NCBI GenBank assembly: GCA_039096225.1
Contig: JBBPEB010000005.1
Location: forward strand, 620,001-684,000
Direction of reading: 5' to 3'
DNA length: 64,000 nt
Source of the DNA: Blastocystis sp. Blastoise
Lineage: Eukaryota > Protista > Bigyra: Opalinata
The notes beneath the pieces were generated by a model. That model was not told where the DNA came from. It ran no database searches and saw nothing but the letters and a program-made list of their open reading frames with translations. Positions 1 through 13,620 of this stretch are shown here, piece after piece. The position numbers were made by a program, and so were the translations under genes. Each line of letters starts with the position of its first letter. The stretch's first letter is position 1.

Positions 1-1136
1 ACAACTTAAACACAAAGTTTTTGAATTAATATTAATAAATTCAATCTAAATAGCATTTCTAAACACAAAAGTGTCAACAATATTACTTTTAGAGAGACTT
101 TACCATTTCGATATCAAGTGTATCAAAATAGTTTTAGACATAACTTTCACATAGTATAGATCTCATTATTTTATTTATTAATTCAAGTTTAATGTCTTGA
201 ATCTCTGACTTCAAGATCATTTTTAACACATTTTGAAAGGTTGACACACTTATAATTAATTTTAAAAGCTAATATTATAACATTATACTCATCATAACTC
301 TATCAACATAAGAGTCACCATTTTGACACTCTTTATAAACATTTTACATTTGGTCATACACTTTGTCAAGTGTATTTTTGTCCTTTCTTTTGATATAATT
401 TAGAATATAATTCATAGTTTGATAAATAAAATATTTTATATTGAATCTCATCCTTTGGATAATTCATTTCTACATTTAAAAATATTAATCCCTTTAAACT
501 TGTTTTTAAAAGTCAAAATTTTCATAGTCTAATGAAAACACAATTTTAAAAGAATATACTAACTCTTTAAAATTTCTAGACAACTCAAACACATTGTTAA
601 TTCACTTTTCAAAAATGAAATTCTCTTATTTTTTAATATGTTGTAGAATTTAGCTTATTATATATTAAACTTCTATTAGAATTTCGAATCTCCTATTTTA
701 AGATAATATTTTTTATTTTACAACCTTAAAGTTACTTTTATGAGTTAATACGTTCACAAAATTATGTAAATATAAATGCGAGTAAACAGAGAAACTCAAA
801 ACTTAAATATCTCAATTATTGACAGTTTTAAATCAGTAATACTATACAGTGTTAAAAGTGACAATAAATGTTTTAAAATTTAATTCAAATATTTAAAAAC
901 TTGACACTATTTAACATACTAAGTATTTCAAGAATTATCTTAATAGTCGACACAATTTAAATAAAAAAAAAAGAAAAAGAACAAAACAAAAATAGCAAAA
1001 GAAAACATTTAAATATAGAATAGCTAAAACGATAACAACAGCATAAATAAATAAATAATATAAAGAAAGCAGATAATAGAAAGCTATTAAATGTGAAAAA
1101 TAATAATAATAATAAGCAAAAGAAAAAGAAAAAGAA

Positions 1137-1688
1137 CTAAAAAAAAAAAAATCTAAACATAACCATAACACTAAGAGAACCTATATAGATAAAAGATATA
1201 TATATATAATAAGAGATAGTATAATAAATATATCTAACATATATATATTAAAAGAAATATTATAAATATTTGTTATATATATATATATATACCTTTAGAT
1301 ACATTTTTATTATTAAAATGAAAGCTAACATTAGGGTGATAAGATCCCCTATTAGAAAAGACACCTATATATAATATAATAAATGATAAAATATATATAA
1401 ACAATAAATATATATATATACCTTCTAAAGAAGGAACAGAGGAATCACCATGATATCTTAACTGACTTGAAGAACCTATATATAATGAAAAGATAATTAA
1501 TAAATCAAAAAAAAAAGAAAGGAAGAAATAAGAATATACCTGTATCATTATTACTATTAATCCAAGACTCCATAAGAAAAGAACGACCTATATAAGATAA
1601 AAATAATAATAAACTAAATTAAATTTAAAAAGTAGACAACCTTCATCATTAATACGTTCAGCAACTACAACCACAACAGTAGAATAAC
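1137..1688 (-). CDS. Unknown small multi-microexon gene (5' end not resolved)
   Basis: Exons 1641-1688, 1540-1587, 1422-1475, 1293-1364 and one starting at 1180 are bounded by GT/AG and join in one open frame: GYSTVVVVVAERINDE-GRSFLMESWINSNNDT-GSSSQLRYHGDSSVPSLE-GVFSNRGSYHPNVSFHFNNKNVSK-GSLSVM. No start exon or homolog recognised. Confidence 0.5.
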
Positions 1689-2424
1689 CTATAAAGAAAC
1701 AGTAATAGACAAATAATAAATAAAAAAAAAATAATAATAAATGAATGACAATATATATTAATATCCTTAATTTAGTTCATGTAGCGTACGGTGTCTCACA
1801 CACTTTCACATTTATTGACTTTGTTATTAACTTTTATAAAATAAAAATAACATCATAAAAACCGGAACACAATTCTGAAAATGACTGTTAAAGAAATTTT
1901 TCGAAAACTCTAAATTTCTGGCTAAAAAACGCAAAAAACCATTTTCGCACAAAATTTTAACCAAAATTATTGGATTATTTCTATTTTATCCAATATTTTT
2001 CATTTTTATAAAAACACTTATTTTTCGTTTTTTATTTTTTATTGTTTTCTTATTTTTTCTATATCTACTCACATTCTTTATATTTATTTTTATAAAATTG
2101 ACTTTTATTGACGGGTTAGTCTAATAAATAGTTTTGACGGGTAAATTTGTTTATATTTAGAAGTTGACAACATATCAATACACACATCACTAACTATAAA
2201 CTCTAAAACCATTTTATATGCAATGATACTGACCTCAACTACTCTGAAACAACAATAATTCCTTTAAATAACAACAAAAGACAAACTGATATCCAACACA
2301 TTCCTTCTTTATAAACTTATTTGAGTTTATTCAAGTGATTTTGAATCAATACATGTCAGAAATATGTCTTTTAGTTGTTTAAAAAGTTTTCATAAGAAAA
2401 TATTTGATAATAGAAATTTTGATG

Positions 2425-3560
2425 TTTTGATAGTATAGTTTGTTATTCGTCTTTCTCCTTGAGTTTTGGGTATTTTTTAAAAATAAAAGTATAATTATAA
2501 TTAAGATAAGCTATTGCAGATACATATTTTTTATTTTATCTAAATATTGAATATTGACTGAGAAACATTCATTTATATGAAAAACATAAAAATGAAAATT
2601 TTCAAAAAAGGGTATAGTTTGTTATTGTGATTTCTCAATCAATTCTTAATAAAATAAAAAAGTTAGAACATATTTAGAAACTAGACATGTCATAGCAGAT
2701 ACATATTTTTCATTTTTTTAATTAATTGAAAACTCAGGTGACAAGAGTCAATAGTTGAACTCAATAAAAAATGACTTTCAAAAAATTTTCTTAAAAAGTT
2801 TTCATTTGTTTTTTGTTTATATTTTCATCATTAACAATTTTATTTGACATTTGACTTTATATTTAAAAACTACATACCAAAATAAACATATTTTACAATT
2901 TTATTTTGTTTTTAAAAGACTTTGACAACAGATCACCAGACAATGTTAACTCAATAAACTCTTAAAACGTTTTAATACGTGTTCAGAACCACTCATAGAC
3001 ACTGTACGTGACTTATTTGAAAAAGTTAAGACAACATGTTGAACTGATACTGACAATGTTTGTCTTAAAAAGTAAGTTATGAGTCATTATGAGTTGTATA
3101 TGTCATAAATAAGCTTAAAATAAATAAATTTGTTTTTAATTGTCTTTAATTAGTGAAATAAGTCGTTTAAAAAGAAGAAAGCATTTTTGATACTATAGTT
3201 TATTTTGACAATTTTTCCATCAATATTAATTTTTAAAAAATAAATAAAACTTATTTATAAACTAGACAAACTATAGTTTATAAATTTATAAAAATATTAT
3301 CAAAATATAAAATAACTTTTGAGATAAAAAATTATATATGCAAAACATAAAAAAAATAATTTTTGAAAAAAGGGTATACTTTATAACATTAATTTCTCAG
3401 TCAATATTTAATTATTTTAAATAATTTTAACAAATTAATATAGAGAATAATATATATTAACGATATAAATTTTAACATTTAAAATTAATTAAGAAATGAG
3501 TTCAGTAGAGTCAATAGTATAACATGTTAAAAAACTGAAAATTGAAAAATCATTTTTCTA
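2425..3560. repeat. Diverged tandem repeat: ~180-bp units within a ~762-bp duplication
   Basis: GTATAGTTTGTTATT at 2433/2612 and GCAGATACATATTTTT at 2516/2695 (179-bp period). AAAAAAGGGTATA at 2604/3366 and GAGTCAATAGT at 2745/3508 (~762-bp period). Confidence 0.7.
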
Positions 3561-5303
3561 AAAATTTTCTGAAAGTTGACAAATCAAATTCATATTTGAC
3601 AATTAATTTTTTTATTTTTGAAAACTAGACTACATATGTATTACATTTCTCAAAAAAATGGTCAAAAGTGGAGTTGACGAGTGAATGAATATATAAACAT
3701 GTTGACTCATAATTTTGAAAAAAGTAGTTAAATATGTCCTAAATCACATATCAAAGCAATTCTATAAATATTATCACTTTATAATGAGTTTAAAGGGTAA
3801 AATAATTTTGAATTGTCTGTTTGACTGTCTTAAGTGAAGAGATTCAATACACTTTTTATAAAAATGAGTATTAGAGTGTTTAATGTTTATAATAATAAAA
3901 GAATTGTTTGAAATAAAGGTGGTTGTGTGTTTGACCAAAATGTTAAAATGAGTCTATTTTTCTAAAATGGTTACAATAAGTATATATTGAGTGTTTTTAG
4001 AGTGTTTCATATTAAAATCTACAATAAATAAACATTTTAAGTTGTTCAAAAAATTATTTTTTTAGAATTACAATAGTTAAGTCAAGAGATTCAAGTCACT
4101 TTTTATAATAATAATAAATAGACTTATTATAGAATATAAAATATTAAAAATTAGTTTAATTAAACATGGTTGACTGTTTGATAGGAGTGTTAAAATGGGT
4201 AAAAAGATTTTAATTGTTTCTAAAACTGTATAATACGTTTTTATGTTACTAAATACAAAATTATTATTGTTTAAAGAATGTTTTTTGTCTTTCAAAAGAA
4301 CTCATTCTTTGTAATTGTGACTTTAAACAAAAGAGATTCAAGTTATTTTTTACAAATTAAAATAACAAATTCAATACATGTGTATATTAGCATAAAATTA
4401 GTTAAAATAAAAGTGAGTATATGTATTTAAAAACGTTCAGTCTTTTAGAGTTTTTTTATGATAACTTATTTGTTTTAGAAGCTATATTGTATGTATAATA
4501 GGTAAAGTTTCCAAAGTATTTAAATCTATTTAGTTATGAAATGAAATGTAATTTTTGTTTTATATTTTAGTTTTTATTTCTTATTTCTAGAATGATTTTG
4601 ATAACACTATAAAAATTGAATTAAATTTGAATTAATTAATTTTAAATAATGAAAAGATAATTTCTCTATAAATATTCTCTTTTACTTAAAACGAATAGAT
4701 TCTATTAATGATAAATATTAAAATAAGACTCTAATTTTTTTGTTTATTATATAAAGTAATAAATATCTTTTAATTATTAAGAGTATTTTTGTATTAATAA
4801 TTCAAACTAAAATAAGTATAATAAAAGAAAAATTATAATATTTATCAAATAATATCAAGATATGATTACTATTTATATAATTAAACATTTATTAATTGAG
4901 AAAAGCTGTATAATAAAATTTCTAAAATATTTATATAATAGTATATATAAAAGGAAAGGATAAAATATAAAAAAACAAATAGATATCAAAATTATAATAT
5001 TTTAAAAAATAAAACAAAACAATATATGAAAAGAATAAAAAAGAATATATAATATTTTTTTAGACAAGAGAATAAGCTATTTCTCACAATAATAATTATA
5101 TAGACTAATTCAAATAAAACATAAATATTTAAAGGTAGGGTATAAGTGATAATAATATGTTTTAAAAGAAAAAGTATTTTATAATCATATTGATATTATT
5201 TAAAATACTAAATATTTATAAAACTAAATGAATTGATAAAATACATAGAAAGTTATAAATGAAATAACAAAGAAAAGTGAATTAATATTGAAAACTAAAA
5301 ACT

Positions 5304-5578
5304 AAATAGAAATAGAAATAGAAATAGAAATAGAAATAGAAATAGAAATAGAAATAGAAATAGAAATAGAAATAGAAATAGAAATAGAAATAGAAATAGA
5401 AATAGAAATAGAAATAGAAATAGAAATAGAAATAGAAATAGAAATAGAAATAGAAATAGAAATAGAAATAGAAATAGAAATAGAAATAGAAATAGAAATA
5501 GAAATAGAAATAGAAATAGAAATAGAAATAGAAATAGAAATAGAAATAGAAATAGAAATAGAAATAGAAATAGAAATA
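5304..5578. repeat. Perfect (AAATAG)45 hexanucleotide array
   Basis: Directly visible; the FL and IS repeat ORFs in the track are artefacts of it. Confidence 0.98.
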
Positions 5579-5943
5579 AGATCAAAAATAAAACACAAGA
5601 GTTAATTAATTATCATTGATAAACAATAAATATATATAATCAATAATAAAAATGGCTAAAAAGAATATTAAAACAAAAAGGAAATAATACTCAAAAACAT
5701 ATAGAATGTTAAGTAAGAATTATCAATATGTATGAATTAAATTATTTAAAATACTAAATTGAAAATTAAGATTAGAAGATAACAATTAAAAGCAATTGAA
5801 ATAATATTTTATAAAATATGAAATAGCTTTAATCCTAAAAAAAAATAAAAACAGAAATGAATAACAAAAACATAAGAATAAATATTCATTTTTTAAAATT
5901 CAATGTAAGATATAACAATTGAGAGATAATAATTATCTAAACT

Positions 5944-5980
5944 CAAGCGTAGGCTGGCGTAGCCAGTCGTGAAACGCTTG
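5944..5980. other. Isolated GC-rich hairpin with GC-GTA-GC loop
   Basis: CAAGCGT (5944-5950) pairs with ACGCTTG (5974-5980); inner GGCTGGC-GTA-GCCAGTC stem-loop. Confidence 0.8.
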
Positions 5981-8061
5981 TATATTTTATTATGTTACTT
6001 TTAAGAATAACTTTCATTATATAATAGATTGTTCATGATCTTTAAGTATCTATTTTTCAGTTATTTCAAATTAGCTTTGTTTAGAAAAATTATATTTACT
6101 ATATTTCAATTGTTTTAACAATAAATATGATTAATATGACTCTACAGGTATATAAGACTCCGACAATTCATTTCCATTCCCTGAGTAACTTAATAGAAAG
6201 CAAATTATTAGCTCTATATATAGCAAAGGATCTATGTGTTTTATACGCCATTAAATAAAAACTCTTAAGATAATATTCAACATAATTCATTTAGATCATG
6301 TTAACCATATGTTTTGTTTTTAGTTTTGATATATACAGTAACATTGTATTGACCGTATAATTGCATAGTTTTCCCTTAGTAGTTGAAAGTGCAGCGAACT
6401 GTAATTCAAATGGATTTCCTTTAAATGAACTTCTTCCTATTAACCCATCATGCTGCTAAAAGAGTCTGATTTGTGTTATTTCAACAAGTATTTATAGTAA
6501 TTCATATAATCATATCAAAGAAAAACCTTTTTTTTTCTTAATTCAAATATTAAAATAGTCTTTAAAATTTATATCTATATTTCAATCATATTTATCATTT
6601 AATAGTCATTTATAAACTAGTAAACTCCACAATTAGCTTAGTACAAATTGCATTGTTTATAATATTTTCCATATTATGTGCATCTATTATTGCTATTACG
6701 TGATTAATTGCACTTTAATCATAGTATAATATCTTTGCATCATAAAAAAACAATAATCATGAACTTAATTTATAAATTATGAAATAAATATTTTTTATTA
6801 TTAATAATGAAATGGTGGTGATAGCAAAGAATATTACATCATAATCAAGTAGTATTAGCTACTAAATGAGTTAGCATTTTTTTTCAACATTTCATTTTAA
6901 ATTATTATCCATATTTTTTCATAATATTGAATTTGTATAAGCATTTGATTGCATATATTGTATATAAAATAAAAAAATAACGATAATTATTTTAGCATGA
7001 TTACCTTAATTGACTAGTTTATTTGTATAGATACTTCTAATGTTTGTAAAAGCCTTGTTTGAATACAAAAATATATATTTTTTTAATTAATACAATAGAA
7101 AATTAATTATAAAATGAAAATAGAGAATTGAGGTAAAGTGTTTACTGTAAATTTCTTTTTTTGTTTACTTTTTATATTAATTTATTATTTATTTGATATA
7201 TTTGTTATAAAGACACTATAATACTGCTAGTGATAAGCTTTTAATCATACTTATGATCTTTGTTTGTTTTTACATATACATATTTGGAATATATAATTAT
7301 TGATAGCAGTATTTTGTATTATCTATACTCTAGATGAATTATGAATGTCTGTCTATTGATTATTAATTAAGAAAAAGAATCATTTCAACGTCATGTTATA
7401 TGATTAATTAGTAAATTAGCCGTTGCTGGAGTTGGATCTTTTTTTCATCTACTTTGACAAATATCATAATAAATAAGACTTGATGATACGAACATCTATA
7501 TGCATAAACAATTTTATTTGCATTTGCCATTCTTAGATATGTAGATTTCTTGGTAAATATGTTTTGTTTACAATTGTAGTGGTAACTTATGTTCATTTCA
7601 TCACTATTTAGTTAAAAATGTTTAATATGAACAATTATCAATTAATGAAAAATAATAGTTTATTTAGAGACACCACTTTGACTCATTGTTATGATATGTC
7701 TTATGTTGAAGCATAGCGTCATTAAGGTATCTGTAAACTAAATTAACTTCAATGTTACAAATGCTTTGCTTAATTTGCTTCTCTTTTGTTATAACTACTA
7801 AGCAATTGTTTGTATTACATAAATTATAGTTTATAATACTATATAACATACTATATAAAGAATCTAATTCATACGATTGATATAGAGTTACTAAAGCATT
7901 CCTAGTTTGTTATAACTATGGCAATATATCTATATATAGTGTCTATAATGCTTTATATATAATAGTCTGTGATCTCTAATAATTAATAAATATATAATAA
8001 TTCCCCGTAAATATTCCATTGATAGGCATAACAACGTAGTTAAATAGAAGCCGCCCTAAAC

Positions 8062-8112
8062 TATTGTCTGGAGTTAGAAAAGAGTAGTATTATTGTCTGG
8101 AGTATTTAACTC
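8062..8112. mobile_element. Probable right-hand TIR of a second, related Mutator-like element
   Basis: TATTGTCTGGAGT at 8062 and 8091 (29-bp spacing), ending ...TTTAACTC. This mirrors the right TIR at 21369-21419 (GTCCTGAGT twice, 29-bp spacing, ending ...ATTATCTC). Partner end not seen in the window. Confidence 0.5.
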
Positions 8113-8122
8113 AAAAAGTCAA

Positions 8123-8173
8123 GAGATAATTGACTCAGGACGCTCTAAATTGTAAAACTTGACTCAGGACAGT
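8123..8173 (+). repeat. Left TIR
   Basis: GAGATAATTGACTCAGGACGCTCTAAATTGTAAAACTTGACTCAGGACAGT; internal direct repeat TTGACTCAGGAC at 8130 and 8159. Confidence 0.95.
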
Positions 8174-8879
8174 CTATTTTTGAGTACTATTATTACCGCG
8201 ATAAACTTGACAAAATGGCAGTGTTTTTATTGTTGTAAATTATAGAGAAAATAATTAAGGGGAAAAAATACACAATTCTTTGTTTATATTAATTATTCTA
8301 TATTTGACGTTGTTGACGAGTGTTATGGAGTCTTATGACGAGATTTATAATGCAATAGTTGACAGAGTTCAAAGTATGAATTTTAATAAGTTTATCAAAC
8401 AGATTCACAATATGATTACTGTCAGAACGTTTTATTTAGTCAATAAACCTTTTATAAACGATCAAAAGACACCAGAGTAATAAACCCTTTAACGAAAGCA
8501 TCTTTTATACGAGTTCCGTCCAATTATGTTACTGATTATGTGTCGTGGGTAGCTCAAAACAATTGTAATGGGTTTTATGACAAAGATGATGACTATATCA
8601 ATGTTATTTTAACAAATATTGCGTGTTTAAAACATTTTGGAGTTAATGATGTGTTCCATTCACGACAAGAGATGGATATTATCATTGGCTACTCCTGGAG
8701 TGTTAGTGGTCAAATTATTATTATAGACAGAGGGTTAGGTACCTCTATTTGATACCGTTGCCCAATTCAAGAATGTAATTGCGTCTATCAATATAATTTT
8801 TACGATGATGGTTATCACCTGGAATACTATCATTTTCAAGATATAAATGTATTTTATAAAATAGTTATTATTATTATAT

Positions 8880-9300
8880 TTATTATTATAGAAATACTAT
8901 TATATATTATTATATATTATTATATATTATTATATATTATTATATATTATTATATATTACTATATATTACTATATATTACTATATATTACTATATATTAC
9001 TATATATTACTTATATTATTATATATTATTATATATATTATTATATATTATTATATATTATTATATATACTATTATATATATTATTATATATATTATTAT
9101 TATATATATTATTATTATATATATTATTATTATATATACTATTATATATATTATTATATATATTTATATTATTATATATATTTATATTATTATATATATG
9201 TATTATTATGTATTATTATTTATTATATATATTATATATATTATTATATATTATATATATTATATATATTATATATTATTATATATTATTATATATTATT
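8880..9300. repeat. (TATATATTAT/TATATATTAC)n degenerate 10-mer microsatellite
   Basis: Directly visible; lies in a probable intron of the transposase relic. Confidence 0.9.
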
Positions 9301-10424
9301 AAATTAATAAATGTAATAACTATTATTATTAACATAATATTTTTATAGAAATGTTCAAAATATGATGCTGATTATATAGAATTATTTAAACATAATACTA
9401 TAAGAGAATCATCATATGACTACTATAAAGATATGATATCAGATTCAATCAATAATCAAACAAATGATACTAATGATTGTATAAATTCTAATTATACTTC
9501 TATTACAATAACTCAAGAGAATGAAAACTTCTGAAAATCTGAAAAAACATTCATGAAACAAATGAATAATCAAAGTTTACTAAAATAAATACTTTTGACA
9601 AAGAAGAGGAAGTATATATAGAACAAGATATAGATGATAATTTAACAAAAGATGAAGAAGAATTAATTAATAAAATTAAAGATTCTACATCTTCAGTTGA
9701 TATTACTAATTCATCATATATAGATAATCTTCTACAGATTCACAATAATAGAGATAAAAATAATATAGCTTCTATTAATTATATTCAACATGAAGATTAT
9801 ATAGATGAAGAGAAAAACGATATTAGTGAAGAGATATATGGCAAATGATATGATTCAAGCTTTATTAATAAATACAGAAATTGTATATACTGTCGACATA
9901 AAAAAATGTTAATCATTATTGGATCAATCTACTTATACAATTAATATAGTCTTTATAAAAACAGAATATAAACTAATGCTCTCTGATCCATTAAATGATA
10001 CATTTGTTCTGAATTATTAAAGAGTCATTCAGAATTTAAGACCATATCTATAGGTTAAACTAAGAAGAGGATAAGAGAGAGATTTCCTAGAATCAACTAC
10101 AACTATATTCATTATGCTGTTACTAATATTATACTTAATGAAAATTTATATAGTTATAATGTTTTAATAATAGAAGTAGTTAATACAATGAATATAAATA
10201 ATTAAGTATTCTTCATGCTATTTGGTAAATAGAAAACCAATAATGAAATAGCTTTGAATAGTAAAAGTATACCTAAGGATCTTCGTTTGTTATCATAGTA
10301 TACCATGATAGTAGGTAACATAAGTCTATTAACTCTATCTCCATCAGTAATCCTTCTTAGTGGTACTTTCATGGGTCTCAGTAGTGTAGCTCTTGTCATT
10401 ACAGGTATATATATGATATATAAT

Positions 10425-11043
10425 ATATATATATATGTAAAAGGATATAAGGATATATATAAAGATGTAGATGAGTTATATATTGATGTATATGGTTTTT
10501 GAATGTATTTGTGACATAATGTTATATATATAATATATATATTCTATATTAGTACTATATATAGTATATATAGTATATATTCTATATTATAATACTTATA
10601 TAGAATATATATATTATATAGAGTATATATAGTACTTATATGGAACATATATATATGATATATAGTATATATAGTATAGATATAACCTATATACATAAAG
10701 ATATATATAACTAGTATATAGAATGGTTTAACATTAATAATAATATCTCTTCGTAGTTATAATAATTTCGCATCTTTATAATACAAGTTATATATATCTT
10801 TATGTATATTGGTTATATATATACTATATATTCTATATAATATATATATGCTATATAAGTACTATTTATATATTCTATATAACATATATATTCTATATAA
10901 GTACTATATATACTATATATAGAATATATATATTATATATATAACATTATATCACAGATGAATCTAAAGACCATTTACATCAATATATAACTCATCTACA
11001 TCTTTATATATATCCTCATATCATTTTACATATATATATATAA
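10425..11043. repeat. Imperfect long inverted repeat (foldback), arms ~260-290 bp, loop ~64 bp
   Basis: AAAGATGTAGATGAGTTATATATTGATGTA (~10460) versus TACATCAATATATAACTCATCTACATCTTT (~10976); complementarity continues inward to ~10716/10781. Confidence 0.9.
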
Positions 11044-11044
11044 T

Positions 11045-13620
11045 ATATGATATAATTTATATACACATTATATATATATACCATTTATATATCATTTATA
11101 TATCATATATTGCTTCTATGTATTATCTATTCCTTCTATATATTATCTTTATACCATCTATTCCTTCTATATATATCACATATATAATATCTATATATAT
11201 CATCTATATATTATCTATATATATACCATTTATATCTATATATTACTATATATTACTATATATCATCTATATATGATCTATTCTTTCTATGTATTATCTA
11301 TATACCTTCGATTCATCCTATATACATCATATGCATAATATCTATATATTATATATATATCTATATGTCATATATATATTACCTATATACCATTTATATA
11401 TCATTTATATATCATATATATATCATCTATTCATTCTATATACATCATATGCATAATTTCTATATATTATATATATGTTATCTATATATATTTTATATAT
11501 AATCTATATATCATTTATATATCATATATTCATTCTATGTATTATCTATTCATTCTATATATTATCTATATACAATCTATTCATTCTATGTATTATCTAT
11601 TTCTTCTATATATTATCTTTACCATCTATTCATTCTATATACATTATATACATAATTTCTATATATATCATCTATATATTATCTATATATTATCTATATA
11701 TCATTTATATATCATTTATATATCATGTATATATCATGTATATATCATGTATTCATTCTATTTACAATCTATTCCTTCTATATATCATCTATATATCATC
11801 TATATATCGTATATATATTATCTATTACTTGTATCTATATCTATATATCATTTATATAATATTATATATAATATATATATATATCATTTATGTATATCTA
11901 TATACTATATATATCATCTATTCTTTCTATCTATTATCTATATATCATCTATTCCTTCTATTAATTATCGATATTTCAATATATCCATATACATCTATAT
12001 ACCATCTATATATTATCTATATATTACTTATTCATTTTATAGATAATATATTTCTTCATTATATTATCTATTCCGATATATTATGTATATATTACTATAT
12101 ATCATATATATATTATCTATATATATTATCTATATACTATATATATTATCTATATACCGTCTATTCCTTCATTTATCTATTCATTCCATATATAATCTGT
12201 TCCATCTATATTAAATCCATATAATATCTATATACAATCTATTTCTTCCATAAGTAATCTATATATCATTTATATATTATCTATATTATCTATATATTTA
12301 TAATCTTTTCCTTCTATTTATCATCTATATAATATATATCATCTATTTCATCTATATATACTATCTATTTCATCTATATATACTACTATTCCTTCTATAT
12401 ATTATCATCTATATACCATCTATATTATCTATATTATCTATATTATCTAGATTATATACTATCTATATTATCTATATAATCTATATTATCTATATTATCT
12501 AGATTATCTATATTATCTATATTATCTAGATTATCTATATTATCTATATTATCTATATTATCTAGATTATCTATATTATCTATATTATCTATATTATCTA
12601 GATTATCTATATTATCTATATTATCTATATTATCTATATTATCTATATTATCTATATTATCTATATTATCTATATTATCTATATTATCTATATTATCTAT
12701 ATTATCTATATTATCTATATTATCTATATTATCTATATTATCTATATTATCTATATTATCTATATTATCTATATTATCTATATCATCTATATTATCTATA
12801 TATACTATATATACTACATATTTCTTCTATATATACTATATATACTACATATACTACATATTCCTTCTATATATACTATATATACTACATATTCCTTCTA
12901 TATATACTATATATTATCTATATATTATCTATATATTCCTTCTATATATACAATATATACTATATATTCCTTCTATATATTATCTATATATTCCTTCTAT
13001 ATATACTATATATACTATATATTCCTTCTATATATACTATATATACTATATATTCCTTCTATATAATATCTATATATACTATAAATATACTATATATACT
13101 ATATATTATCTATAATTACTATCTATTCTTTCTATATATATTTTTATATCATCTATATAGTATTTATAGCATCGATATATTATATTATATTATCAATATA
13201 ATCTTATATCATTTATATAACTATATATTCATTATATATATTATCTATATATCATCTATATCATACATATATTGTCTATATCATATTATATTATTTATAT
13301 ATACTATATGTTCCTTCTATATATTATCTTTTTATCATATATCATATAACATATATCTATTCCTTCTATATATTATCTATATTATCTATATTATCTATAT
13401 TATCTATATTATCTATAATATCTAGATTATCTATAATATCTATATTATCATATTATCTATACTATCTATATTATCTATATCATCTATATCATCTATATCA
13501 TCTATATTATCTATATTATCTATATTATCTATATTATCTATATTATCTATATATAATTTATTCCTTCTATTTATCATCTATATCATCTATATCATTTATA
13601 TCATTTATATGATATATATA
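11045..13620. repeat. TA-rich minisatellite tract including (TATTATCTA)n 9-mer arrays at ~12420-12800 and ~13370-13550
   Basis: Directly visible; the I/Y-rich ORFs here are spurious. Confidence 0.92.

Noticed and set aside
5295-5598. ORFs of FL and IS dipeptide repeats
   Set aside because: Translations of the (AAATAG)n array.
11475-12224. 249-aa and 169-aa I/Y-rich ORFs
   Set aside because: Products of TA-rich minisatellite; no protein-like composition.
12420-12800. 9-mer array as CRISPR or telomere
   Set aside because: No unique spacers and no G-rich telomeric unit; simple satellite.
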